Assembly (NCBI GenBank): GCA_963716255.1
Contig: OY970303.1
Coordinates: forward strand, 2,848,001-2,912,000
Length of the DNA: 64,000 nt
Origin: an uncultured Gemmatimonadales bacterium
GTDB lineage: Bacteria; Gemmatimonadota; Gemmatimonadetes; Longimicrobiales; Longimicrobiaceae
Direction of reading: 5' to 3'
Below, in pieces: positions 1 to 9,290 of the stretch; positions within the stretch are counted from its first letter, which is position 1; each line of letters begins with the position of its first letter. The notes beneath the pieces are model-generated. The model saw only the letters and a program-made list of their open reading frames with translations, was not told the origin of the DNA and ran no database searches. The position numbers and the translations under genes are program-made.

Positions 1-336
1 AGTCCGGTCTGCCGGGTGGAGTTCGACGGGAAGCAGCTCCCGCTGACCAGCGAGGACATGGAGTTCGTGGAGCTCGCCTACGCCATCACCGTGCACAAGG
101 CGCAGGGGTCGCAGTTCCGCCGCGTGATCGTTCCCGTTTGGCCGTCGCGGCTCCTGGACCGGACCCTCGTCTACACCGCGATCACCCGCAGCGTGGAACA
201 GGTCGTCCTGGTGGGCGACGAGGCCGCGGCCCGGCGCGCCACAGAGCAGGTGCCGCTCGTGCTGAGGCGCGCGGTCGGCCTCCACCATCTGCTGGGCGCG
301 GCCCAGCGCCCCCAGCCCACGCCTCTGGGAGGCTGA
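1..336 (+). CDS. C-terminal part of a RecD-like SF1B helicase (5' end outside window)
   Basis: Motifs LAYAITVHKAQGSQF and LVYTAITR (helicase motifs V/VI, UvrD_C_2-type). Confidence 0.85.
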   Translation, partial: SPVCRVEFDGKQLPLTSEDMEFVELAYAITVHKAQGSQFRRVIVPVWPSRLLDRTLVYTAITRSVEQVVLVGDEAAARRATEQVPLVLRRAVGLHHLLGAAQRPQPTPLGG

Positions 337-337
337 C

Positions 338-1705
338 ATGCCGCGGAAGCCACCCTACACCCTGGTCTTCACGGATCCCACGTTCCGGGTCGCCCGTCGG
401 TCCTACCCCCACGTCCCGCTGCTGGTCAGCCGGCAGGGCGTTGTCGTGGAGCCGGCCTCCGACTGGCTCCGGTCCCTGGCCGTCCACCATGCGACCACCC
501 GCAGCACGCTCCAGCAGTACGCCTCGATCCTCCAGCTCTACTGGAACCACCTCGGGAACCGCAGGTGGGACCGGATCGACGACCACTTCCTCCTGGAGTG
601 GAGAAACGAGCAGGAAACCCTTGGGGTACACCGGGGAACCATCAACGAGCGCCTCCGGCTGGTGTTCCGCTTCTATTGGTGGGCACAGCAGAACGGCTAT
701 GTCCGCGACCTGATCGGAGAAGCCGATTGGGACCACGAGGGGCGCAAGGTGCCGCCCCCGATCCGCGCCGCAGTCCGCAGATCCGGCGGGGGCGACGGCG
801 TGACGCGGACGACTTACACCAGCAACCTCCTCTACAGGAACACGGGGAGAGCGCGCAACGCCCATACCCCGACCGGCGAAGAGACAGCCAGGGTGCACGA
901 GCACCTGGCCGACACGGCATACGAACTCTCGGTGCGGAATACCCTGATGGCGTCGTGGGCCGAAGAGCTGGGGCTTCGCCGCAAGGAGTTCGCCGCCCTC
1001 CGCGTGGCGCAGATCCCCCGCGAGGACACCATCCGGGAACTGCTCGAGTCGGCGGAACTGTACCCGATGGAGCTGGTGGTGACCAAGGGGCAGAAGAACC
1101 GCTCTGTCCCTGTCACTCCCGAGCTGCTGCTCCGCACCTGGGACTTCATCGTCTGCGAGCGGGCCGACATGATCGCAGCCATCCAGAAGCGGAATGCGGC
1201 GTACCGCCCGCCCGAGGAGATCTTCCTCTCCAGCAGGACGGGAGAGGTGATGAACCTCACCGCGATCTCCAACCTGCTGGGCCGGGCCTTCCGGGCGGCG
1301 AAGGTCCCCGGATGGGGGCACCGCCTCCGTGCCCGTTTCCTCACCAACCTGACGGAAGCGTACTTCCAGATCGAGTACGACCGGAATGGCAACAAGTACA
1401 ACCCCGAGACCATCCTGCTCAAGGTGGCCGAGGTCGCCGGCCACGAGCGCATGGAGACGCTCCGGCCCTACCTGAATCTCGTGGCGAAGCGCTTTTTCGA
1501 GACCGACGAAGCTCAGCGGTTCGTTAACGCATGCGCGAGAGACCTTTCGCGGACCCGCCTGCTCCAGGAACGCATCCGGCAGCTGGCGCGGATGGAGCGC
1601 CTCGAAAAGGATCTGGCCGAGGTGATCGGCGCTGAGGCGGCCACCCGGGCTGCTGGGGTCATGAGTCAGCTCCTGCGCGAGCTGGCAAGTGGGGGACCCG
1701 AGTAG
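338..1705 (+). CDS. Tyrosine recombinase / site-specific integrase
   Basis: Catalytic pattern GLRRKE (R), TKG (K), HRLR (HxxR), GHE...TLRPY (H, Y); N-terminal core-binding-like region; 455 aa. Confidence 0.85.
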   Translation: MPRKPPYTLVFTDPTFRVARRSYPHVPLLVSRQGVVVEPASDWLRSLAVHHATTRSTLQQYASILQLYWNHLGNRRWDRIDDHFLLEWRNEQETLGVHRGTINERLRLVFRFYWWAQQNGYVRDLIGEADWDHEGRKVPPPIRAAVRRSGGGDGVTRTTYTSNLLYRNTGRARNAHTPTGEETARVHEHLADTAYELSVRNTLMASWAEELGLRRKEFAALRVAQIPREDTIRELLESAELYPMELVVTKGQKNRSVPVTPELLLRTWDFIVCERADMIAAIQKRNAAYRPPEEIFLSSRTGEVMNLTAISNLLGRAFRAAKVPGWGHRLRARFLTNLTEAYFQIEYDRNGNKYNPETILLKVAEVAGHERMETLRPYLNLVAKRFFETDEAQRFVNACARDLSRTRLLQERIRQLARMERLEKDLAEVIGAEAATRAAGVMSQLLRELASGGPE

Positions 1706-1852
1706 ACCCAAGCGGCGACGCGGCTGCGGAGCACAGTGACCACGCGGTCAGCGCGATCACCGCCGGCTCTTGCCACCGTCGAGCCCAGGTCAAACTGGCC
1801 CGGTGAAGGCCGCTCGCAACGTGCACCCTGCGACGAGCGGGGATCGACAGCA

Positions 1853-2629
1853 CTAGAAGATCCCTATCCTCAGTCCTGTAGGGGTTTCCGTGATCCTGAC
1901 CTCCTCCAAAATGCCGTAGAAGTGATTGACGGCGGCTTCGAGCGGAGCGAGGAAGTCGGCAAACGCTTGTGAGAACGTGTCCGCAAGCTCTTCGGTCGTG
2001 TGCTCCGGTGAATCCCCGGGCCCCACAACTAGACTTCGCTCTTTCCCGTCGTCCGATACCTCCCACCGGCGCCGCCGATGATACACGAGCCCCATCCCCG
2101 CGACGGTGGGTGGCTGGTGGTGAACCCACTTGCCACGGTACGCCATCGTGCGCCTCCACGCCCGAGAGCGCCGTAATGCTCTGACAGCCTCCGTAAGCGG
2201 CAAGCCGGAGGCTGCTTGGGAGAGATACTTCCTCACGCGCTCCCACTCGCTGACGCCCTTTGGCAACTGATCTCTTGGTACGTCCAGCATTGCTCGAACC
2301 GCGGCTGCAAGATGCTCAGCAGCCGAGTAGAGGCGCAGTGCGGCATTGTCCAGGTAGAAACGCTCGAAGAATACCGCTTCCATTGCCTTGTCTTCGCCGC
2401 GTAGCCTGGTCCCTTCTACACACGCCTGATCGAGCGAATACATCACTTCCCCCAGCGTGATCCGACAGTCGTTCAAGCAGACGGCGGCGATCGGGATATC
2501 GCTATCATAGTCAAAGGCGTGCGATATCTGATCGGGCAGCAGCATAATGATGCGGTCCATGAGGCGTTCAAACGCACTGAGCCGAATCCTGAGAGCGTCA
2601 ACGCACGGGTAACGTGTTACCATTTCCAT
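1853..2629 (-). CDS. HEPN-domain protein, Cthe_2314-like putative RNase
   Basis: Helical protein with FYLDNAALRLYSAAEHLA and an Rx4H motif (YRGKWVH). Confidence 0.55.
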   Translation of the reverse strand: MEMVTRYPCVDALRIRLSAFERLMDRIIMLLPDQISHAFDYDSDIPIAAVCLNDCRITLGEVMYSLDQACVEGTRLRGEDKAMEAVFFERFYLDNAALRLYSAAEHLAAAVRAMLDVPRDQLPKGVSEWERVRKYLSQAASGLPLTEAVRALRRSRAWRRTMAYRGKWVHHQPPTVAGMGLVYHRRRRWEVSDDGKERSLVVGPGDSPEHTTEELADTFSQAFADFLAPLEAAVNHFYGILEEVRITETPTGLRIGIF

Positions 2630-2632
2630 CGT

Positions 2633-3157
2633 TCAGCTTCCACGTCGGACCACGGAACGTGTGGGTCTTGCGCACCATAAGCCTACGTCGAAGGAGAACG
2701 GCGCGCTCTTGAACACACGGCCCAACTCATCTGCGAAGTACCCGAACAACACAGGAGGAGCCGAGTAGCCACTCGGAGTCAGGGGGGCATCGGGGATCCC
2801 GAACTTCTTCAACTGCGTAGAGATGAATTCAATCTGCACAGGCACCCAACACGCTTGGCCGGGCGCAAGAGTATACGGAAACTCTGCAGGCTCCCAGGTA
2901 AGCATCGGAAAAGCAGTTGGAGTCCCCTCAATCCACATGGTCGGTCGCAGCAGGTGGACCGGCTTCTCTCCAACATTCGCCGCGCGTACGCTAACGATTG
3001 GCGGCCCGAGGCCATAGTCGGCAGTAGCCAAGTAAGCGACCTCCATCGTCACGTGCAGGCGGGGCTTGCGGTCACGGTAGCTACGCCAACCCTGGTAGGT
3101 TCCCAAACCCGCACCATACGCGCCCAGTAGCGCTCCGATGAACTCAGCCGTTCCCAT
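2633..3157 (-). CDS. Hypothetical protein with N-terminal membrane anchor
   Basis: 174 aa ORF, hydrophobic N-terminus, GAGGAGG RBS upstream on the minus strand. Confidence 0.6.
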   Translation of the reverse strand: MGTAEFIGALLGAYGAGLGTYQGWRSYRDRKPRLHVTMEVAYLATADYGLGPPIVSVRAANVGEKPVHLLRPTMWIEGTPTAFPMLTWEPAEFPYTLAPGQACWVPVQIEFISTQLKKFGIPDAPLTPSGYSAPPVLFGYFADELGRVFKSAPFSFDVGLWCARPTRSVVRRGS

Positions 3158-3231
3158 AATTCCCTCCTCTCAACCGGCGATTTGCGCACAGCCGATCACG
3201 TCCCATCCCCATCGCCCACCACCGAATATAC

Positions 3232-3311
3232 ACCGAATCCCGTTGCAGCCCAAGCGCTGTGGACACTACAGGGAAGCTATACCTTGGGCGCGTCCTGAAG
3301 CGATGTTGGGG
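3232..3311 (+). repeat. Degenerate attC-like site
   Basis: Right arm CGCGTCCTGAAGCGATGTTGGGG is near-complementary to the left arm of the 20606 site; inner GCCCAAG/CTTGGGC stem. Confidence 0.4.
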
Positions 3312-3435
3312 CTGGAGAATTCGCGGTTCGCTTGATACTGGCTCGTTGGTCGGAACTTACTTATCATATGCGACCCTTTCAGCCCGGCGACAGGCCTCGT
3401 CAATCTTGCTCCCCATCGATCAGAATCCGAACAGA

Positions 3436-3918
3436 ATGGGCTACTCCGTTTTCGTCAGCTATAGTGCTCCTGACCGAGCGCTCGTCCAGGCCATCCGCGA
3501 TGCAGCCAGGCCGATGGATATCAGCGTGTACAGCTACGACATCGACTTGCGGCCGGGGGTCAACCTCCCGGCGAAGCTCATCAATCGCATTCAAGTAAGC
3601 GACGCAGTGATTGCTCTCCTCACGGCCCAAGGGGCTGCATCCCCGGCCGTGAACCAGGAGATCGGTGCAGCGAGACAGGCCGGGAAGCTGGTTATCCCGA
3701 TCATCGAGAAAGGGGTAGATCCGGCACGCCTGACCTTCCTGCAAGGGCTGGAATACGAAGTTCTCGACCGCACGAACGTCTCCGCGACGATCATCCGCCT
3801 GACGAGCCGCCTCGGAGCGCTCAAGGCCAGTAATGACCGCGCCAAGTGGATCGTTGCCACCGTGGTGGGAGGCTTGTTCCTGTGGGCGAATCGTGGTGGA
3901 GAGGTGGACGACGAGTAG
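3436..3918 (+). CDS. TIR-domain (TIR_2) protein with C-terminal transmembrane helix
   Basis: VFVSYS, DIDLRPG, SDAVIALLT, VNQEIGAA (conserved Glu), VIPI; C-terminal WIVATVVGGLFLWA. Confidence 0.8.
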   Translation: MGYSVFVSYSAPDRALVQAIRDAARPMDISVYSYDIDLRPGVNLPAKLINRIQVSDAVIALLTAQGAASPAVNQEIGAARQAGKLVIPIIEKGVDPARLTFLQGLEYEVLDRTNVSATIIRLTSRLGALKASNDRAKWIVATVVGGLFLWANRGGEVDDE

Positions 3919-3972
3919 ACGGAGCAAAGAGTAGGGGAGCTGCACGAGCTGGGCACACTCAACGAGCAAATC

Positions 3973-4341
3973 ATGACCTACTTCGGGGATCCAGTCAGCG
4001 ACCAGGCACCATGGGTACCACGGACGTTCCCTCAGATCGAGACCATCCAGATTGAGGTTGACCGCGCGGAAGGTGTATGGGAGAAGGATCGCTCCGTCCG
4101 CCGCTACGACCGTGAGAGTTTCCGGGGGGAGGCCATCCCTTGTGGCAATCACACCTGTTTCGGCGGGTTCGCAGACCTGACTTCGATCATCCGCGAGATG
4201 GTCCGAAACAAGGAGACCCACCGGGAATCGAGAGAGGGATGTCCGGGCTACGAGGGATCTCCAAAAGGAAAGATCCTGCGGCGGCGCTGTCGTTATCGGT
4301 TCATCATTCGAATCGACATCAAGTATCACGACGCCAGCTGA
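3973..4341 (+). CDS. Hypothetical protein, possible zinc-binding
   Basis: 122 aa with CGNHTC, CPG and a fourth Cys. Confidence 0.55.
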   Translation: MTYFGDPVSDQAPWVPRTFPQIETIQIEVDRAEGVWEKDRSVRRYDRESFRGEAIPCGNHTCFGGFADLTSIIREMVRNKETHRESREGCPGYEGSPKGKILRRRCRYRFIIRIDIKYHDAS

Positions 4342-4416
4342 TCGAGAGAACTCTGCGTGAGGGATATTCGAGGAAGCGGCAAAGGCAAGTAAGGGAGTGG
4401 CCAAAGAGGAAGGCTG

Positions 4417-4598
4417 CTCTAACGAGACAACCACTGCGGCTAGCCCGGCTTACGATTACTTCCGCTTTCCAAATCGGTCACACACGCTCCAGCCGCTTGG
4501 TTGCCGGAACGTCGATGGATTCATGGGCCAGCGGCCCTCAGGGGCGGGCCGTCGGCAAGGGCACATGCCGGGTGCTTGCAGCTGGACGTCCCTTATAG
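4417..4598 (-). repeat. Long degenerate attC-like site downstream of the SEC-C gene
   Basis: Minus-strand end GTTAGAG (4417-4423); imperfect arms CCACTGCGGCTAGCCCGGC / GCCGGGTGCTTGCAGCTGG. Confidence 0.4.
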
Positions 4599-4684
4599 AA
4601 GTCCCTCCCGATTGCGGAAGCCGCTGTATGGGAAGGGGCTATAACTAATTGCATACCGGCCCAGCTCTCACTGACTCAACCCGA

Positions 4685-5842
4685 TCACTTATCGGGGAAA
4701 TCACTCGGCACACTTCCGTACTGGGTGACTGCACGCTCGATCGTTGCCAATGTACCCGAATGTTCAAACGGGAATTTGGGCCAGTCAGGAAAACTAAGGA
4801 ATGCATACTTCCCTGGGTCAGGCGTTCCGCGAGCGCCATAATCATGCGGAAAATTGGTTAATACCATCGCCGTGAGAGGAACTCCCTCAAACACTCCAAC
4901 CTGATTGTATCCGTGGCCAACTCGTGATAGCATCTGCCGCGCCTCTTGGATCCACATTTCCTGCTCCTCCGTTGCGATTTCAGGGGGCATATTTGCATCA
5001 ATGAAGATCACATATGGAAACCGAGGAAACTTCTTGACAGCATCCCGGAGAAGGCCCTCAAGGCTCAACCGGAAATCTTCTCGGTTAGGTTTCGGTCCAA
5101 TCCAGCCCATCACACCACTCCGCCGACGGCTTTTTGCCTCCACTGCAACGACTTCCCCACTACGTTTGTGAGTAGCGATGAACTCTGGATGCTTGCGGCG
5201 GTTATCATCCTCTTCCTCAAACGTTAGGTCGAAACCTGCTCTAATCATCGTCGCTGCGACGGCAAGCTCGTAGCGAGCCCCTTGGAAGTGATTCACGTCT
5301 TTCAGCCGCCGTATGACTGCTTCTTGGAGCCGCTGATTATCGGCTAACACGTATAGATCGTATGCCAGGAGCAGATATGCAGCGGTTGGTCCATCAGGCA
5401 CAGCCGATGAAATCCCATCATGCCCTTTGGGTGTCTTCGCTTGTAACTCACACAACGCGTCGTACCACTGGAGGATAGGGTGCCGCCGTTCCAAGGGCTT
5501 TTTCAGCTCGGCCACAGCCCATTGGTGACCAAACGTTTGATTTAGAACACCCTTGACGTAACTGAAGAGAAAATCTGGAAAGGTTTTCCATCTTTCTGAG
5601 CCCCACAAACTGCCGCCTACAGCCACAAGCTTCTGGTTCTGGAAGTCGGCGTGAATTATAGGACGGACGTCCCCATACGCTGCCAGCCGGGCATTTTCCT
5701 TCTCGCGCTCCGTGGCAATCGCCTGTAGCACATAATCTGGAATCGGTGTGGAAGTAAGCCGAGCTTTGCTGGGATCGCCACAGCAGGCCTTGTGCTTCTT
5801 TCCACTTCCGCAGGAACACGGTTGGTTGCGTTGAGTTGCCAT
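4685..5842 (-). CDS. SEC-C motif protein with PD-(D/E)XK-like nuclease domain
   Basis: N-terminal RNQPCSCGSGKKHKACC; later HPEFIATH...VAVEAKS. Confidence 0.7.
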   Translation of the reverse strand: MATQRNQPCSCGSGKKHKACCGDPSKARLTSTPIPDYVLQAIATEREKENARLAAYGDVRPIIHADFQNQKLVAVGGSLWGSERWKTFPDFLFSYVKGVLNQTFGHQWAVAELKKPLERRHPILQWYDALCELQAKTPKGHDGISSAVPDGPTAAYLLLAYDLYVLADNQRLQEAVIRRLKDVNHFQGARYELAVAATMIRAGFDLTFEEEDDNRRKHPEFIATHKRSGEVVAVEAKSRRRSGVMGWIGPKPNREDFRLSLEGLLRDAVKKFPRFPYVIFIDANMPPEIATEEQEMWIQEARQMLSRVGHGYNQVGVFEGVPLTAMVLTNFPHDYGARGTPDPGKYAFLSFPDWPKFPFEHSGTLATIERAVTQYGSVPSDFPDK

Positions 5843-5986
5843 GGGAAATTAGATGGTAAGCATCGAACGTGATGCTCTTACGCCCAAATTAGACCCAAGC
5901 TTAGTCCGCACGGCGCTAGGCCCGCAGCCTTGTGCCTCCACGTGCACTGGAACGCCTGACACGCGTCTCTCTGAGAGATAAAGTGG

Positions 5987-6313
5987 CTACCCTGCCTCGA
6001 AATCAACGCGTTCCCGTACCTCATGGCTGCCGACGAGGATCGACATACCACGCACTACACCCCTGCTAGGCGTGCACACGTGATACAGCTTACGTCCGGG
6101 CTCGTAGAGAATCGCGAGCACTTGTTCACCGTTCAAAGGCGTCGCCTCACCAATCGTTACAGTATATTCTCGTCCTCCGTGAAAGTACCGCAGCCGATAA
6201 ATGCGGTCGTCTGCGAAGTGGGCTCCGAGTTCCGTTCCGAGGAACTGCCGGATGGTGGCATAGACCCGCTCCTCCTGTTCCGCATCGTCGGCAAAAGGAA
6301 GGAAGAATTTCAT
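5987..6313 (-). CDS. Hypothetical protein
   Basis: 108 aa ORF starting MKFFLPF, with GGTGGA upstream. Confidence 0.6.
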   Translation of the reverse strand: MKFFLPFADDAEQEERVYATIRQFLGTELGAHFADDRIYRLRYFHGGREYTVTIGEATPLNGEQVLAILYEPGRKLYHVCTPSRGVVRGMSILVGSHEVRERVDFEAG

Positions 6314-6375
6314 AAGTCCACCATAGGTTCCTGTGGGCAGCACCGGCGCTGGTAAAATGCTCGGCCGTGGAGATG

Positions 6376-7116
6376 TTAGGAGCCCTTCCCGTTGGGGTAA
6401 ATTAGCTCCTGTTGTGCGTCGAAAACAACTTGGGCCAGGGTAGAGAAGACGATCTCAAGCAGTTGCCCAATTGCGTAGTTACTCTCGCGCATCCACCTGG
6501 TCCATGCCCATCGAATCTTCTTGTGCTCTACCCGGTAGATTCGCTGGTAAATTTCTACGCTATTTTCCTGCACGATAGTCTCCAGCATGCCAAGCCGGTC
6601 TAGATCGGCTGAATCGAACCGCTCCTCGTGGACATGCGCTCCCCTAGCGCGCCGGATCGGTTCGAGGGAAGCGATTGCTATGCGCTCCAGCCGTTCAGCT
6701 ACGGCCTCCACAAGGTTAGCGCGAGGCGAGTACCGATATGCTCTTCGCAACCACTTCAGGTATGCGATAATCCGTTCTTGCAGGATATAAACCTCCTGGA
6801 GATAAGCTTCGATGTGGAACCGCAGATATCTCACACGAGTGATCCTGGTTTTCCCGAACGGGAATCTCCGGATGTACACCTCCGCATCCAAGAGGGTTTG
6901 ATAGGAGATTTCAATCTCTCCGAAGCCGCGAAAGGCCTTGTGGAAGAAGTTCTCGTCCCGCGAGCGCGGCAGGTTCAAATACTTGGGACCTTCCAAGTCG
7001 AACAATGCGTTTCTATAAACCTTCGTTACCTCCTCGCCGTGGGTAGCCTCGATACGATCCGACTCGGCGTTCGCAATCGCCATCAGCCGTGATTTGAAGT
7101 CAGCGTAGGCTGTCAT
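6376..7116 (-). CDS. HEPN-domain protein, Cthe_2314-like
   Basis: YLRFHIEAYLQEVYILQER and an Rx4H motif (ARGAHVH). Confidence 0.6.
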   Translation of the reverse strand: MTAYADFKSRLMAIANAESDRIEATHGEEVTKVYRNALFDLEGPKYLNLPRSRDENFFHKAFRGFGEIEISYQTLLDAEVYIRRFPFGKTRITRVRYLRFHIEAYLQEVYILQERIIAYLKWLRRAYRYSPRANLVEAVAERLERIAIASLEPIRRARGAHVHEERFDSADLDRLGMLETIVQENSVEIYQRIYRVEHKKIRWAWTRWMRESNYAIGQLLEIVFSTLAQVVFDAQQELIYPNGKGS

Positions 7117-7431
7117 CGTTGGACCACTTTTTTCCAGCCGCACATACCCCCCTAGGTGAAGTTCCGAAGGCCGCGAATCGGATGCGGAGAAGTTACAGGG
7201 CAGCGGGAATTGCGGGCTACGTACACCGTGACAACTGTGCCATGTACTTCCCGCCAAACCGATGTATCACACCTACGGAACAGCAACAACTCCAGACCGA
7301 GGAACGGGGCCGGGACGAGAAACAATGAATACCACGGAAGCCCGCGGGCGAGGAGGGGACCTTGCGCGGCTCGCATGCGCCTCGTACCATTCTTACGTAT
7401 TTCTTATGGTACTCAGGACCCTGGAGTCCGC

Positions 7432-8406
7432 ATGTCGCCGACCCTCTTCGCACGTCCTCACTTCAGCTGGTCCCATTCCCGCGACCGCGCTCTTCTCGAG
7501 TGCGCCCGGGCATACTACTGGCGCTTCTACGGCAGTCACAACGGCTGGATTCAGGACGCTGAGGGTGAGGCGCGCCTGAGTTACGTGCTGAAGCACCTGA
7601 CGACCCTCCCGATCCTGCTCGGGACGGCCGTGCACGACTGCGCGCGGCGGTGTGCGCTCGCGACCCGGCACGGAGGCTCCCGGCCGACGTTCGAAGCGAT
7701 GCTGGCCCGCGTTTCAGACGAACTCAACTGCGCGGTGCTCGGCTCCCACCACCGGGCCCGGTTCCTCCGCGATCCGAAGCGGCACCTGATGCTCCGCGAC
7801 GTGTGGTACACGGGCCGCCACGATGGCGCCGCCCTGGTGGAGGCCGCGGCGAAGGCTCGCCTCTGCCTGCACAATCTGCGGGACACCGCCGTCTGGTCCG
7901 AGTTGGAGGCGTGCCGGCCGGAGTGGGTGACGGTCATCGACAGTCCCGCGGCCTTCGTGCACGAGGGATGGCCGGTGTACGCCGGTCCAGACCTCGTGTA
8001 TCAGCCGGCCGGCCGACGCGTCGTGATCCTAGACTGGAAGACCGGGGACGAGACCGACGCGGAGCTCCAGCTCCCGCTCTACGCACTCTACTGCCGGAAA
8101 GCGCTCGGCCTACGATTTCGGGATGGAGAGTGGTTCGGCCGGGTGGTGAACCTGGCGAGTGGCGAGGACCGGACCGTCGAGATCACCCGCGTCGACCTGC
8201 TGCGTGCGGTGGAGCGGATCCGCAGCAGCATCCAGACGATGCATGCGATGCTGGAGGATCCCGAACGGAATGAGCCCCGAGACCGGGAGGCGTTTCCGCT
8301 CGCATCTGAGAACCGGCGACACGCCTGCCGGTCCTGCATGTTCTTCGCCCTCTGCGAGGAGGACCTGGCGTCCGAACCGGGGGTTGGTGCCTACAATCCC
8401 TTGTAG
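7432..8406 (+). CDS. RecB/AddB-like PD-(D/E)XK nuclease with Fe-S staple cysteines
   Basis: SWSHSR...ECARAYY, LGTAVH, PDLVY...ILDWKTG...QLPLYA, C-terminal CRSCMFFALC. Confidence 0.8.
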   Translation: MSPTLFARPHFSWSHSRDRALLECARAYYWRFYGSHNGWIQDAEGEARLSYVLKHLTTLPILLGTAVHDCARRCALATRHGGSRPTFEAMLARVSDELNCAVLGSHHRARFLRDPKRHLMLRDVWYTGRHDGAALVEAAAKARLCLHNLRDTAVWSELEACRPEWVTVIDSPAAFVHEGWPVYAGPDLVYQPAGRRVVILDWKTGDETDAELQLPLYALYCRKALGLRFRDGEWFGRVVNLASGEDRTVEITRVDLLRAVERIRSSIQTMHAMLEDPERNEPRDREAFPLASENRRHACRSCMFFALCEEDLASEPGVGAYNPL

Positions 8407-8413
8407 TCCACGA

Positions 8414-8824
8414 TCACGACCGCGGAGCGACCTCTCCACCCGCTCCGGGCCGCGCGTTTCCTGAGCTGCCGCTCGCCGACAGCCAGGGTGCCGAAACGTC
8501 GATCATGACCACGGAGCCGAGATAGAGCACGCGCGGCAGCTCCTCCACACGCTGCAGCCGCTCCGTGACTTCCGCCAGGCGAAGCACTTCGGACTGGATC
8601 GCGCGCGCTGACTCCCGCCCCACCGCATCGAGCCCGTTCGTCTCCGCTAGGACCTGAGCGTTCGCCAGCAGCGCCGCGAGCGCGTTGTTGACCTCGTGCC
8701 GGATCCCCACCGCGAGCTCCTGGAGCGCACGCGTCCGCTCAGTCCGGAGGAGCGCAGCCAGCTCCTCGGGGTCGTGCGGCGGAGCCACCAGGCCGGCGGG
8801 GAGAGGTTCAGCCGGGGAACTCAT
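8414..8824 (-). CDS. Stand-alone HisKA (phosphoacceptor) domain protein
   Basis: LAVGIRHEVNNALAALL H-box; no ATP-binding domain follows. Confidence 0.7.
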   Translation of the reverse strand: MSSPAEPLPAGLVAPPHDPEELAALLRTERTRALQELAVGIRHEVNNALAALLANAQVLAETNGLDAVGRESARAIQSEVLRLAEVTERLQRVEELPRVLYLGSVVMIDVSAPWLSASGSSGNARPGAGGEVAPRS

Positions 8825-9038
8825 TCAGGGTGGTGTATGGGGGATCCTTGGGGAGCACAGCCCGATACGTCCGGGCATGCACCGGAGCCAGACCCGAACC
8901 CTATCGTTGCCAGCGCTGGGGCGCACTACTGGATTGTGGCTCGTTCGTTGTGGTGGTGGTTCGTGGCGGATTTGGGGCGGAGTGGTCATCTTAGCCTCTC
9001 GCGGCCACAACTCCCCAACCCACGAGAAAGGAACGACC

Positions 9039-9287
9039 ATGCGGATCCTGCGCGCACTTCTGGCCACCTGCATCCTCGGCAGCTTCGCCGCCTGCGAGCC
9101 TTCGCGGGCGACTATCACCGCTCCGGACCAGGCTCGCTTCGACAACGGCTCCGGGTTCGGCTCGGGGCACCGGGCCCTCTCCGACAGCACCAGCAGCACG
9201 ACGGCCGCTCCCTCCTCCACGGAAGGAACGGCCGGGGACACGACGACGACGGAGCGAGGCGGGTCCGGCTTCGGCTCCGGCCACTGA
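9039..9287 (+). CDS. Small secreted/lipoprotein pre-peptide with two GSGFGSGH repeats
   Basis: 82 aa; RBS GAAAGGAA; signal peptide with lipobox-like FAAC; octapeptide at residues 37-44 and 75-82. Confidence 0.75.
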   Translation: MRILRALLATCILGSFAACEPSRATITAPDQARFDNGSGFGSGHRALSDSTSSTTAAPSSTEGTAGDTTTTERGGSGFGSGH

Positions 9288-9290
9288 GGG

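Noticed and set aside
338..1705. Integron integrase intI
   Set aside because: Longer than typical IntI, no recognisable IntI-specific motifs, and it converges on the genes rather than sitting divergently beside an attI.
7388..7415. dif/Xer site
   Set aside because: Only TTATGGTA resembles the XerD arm; the XerC arm does not match.
7432..8406. cas4 of a CRISPR-Cas locus
   Set aside because: No other cas genes or array in the window; called a solo RecB-family nuclease.
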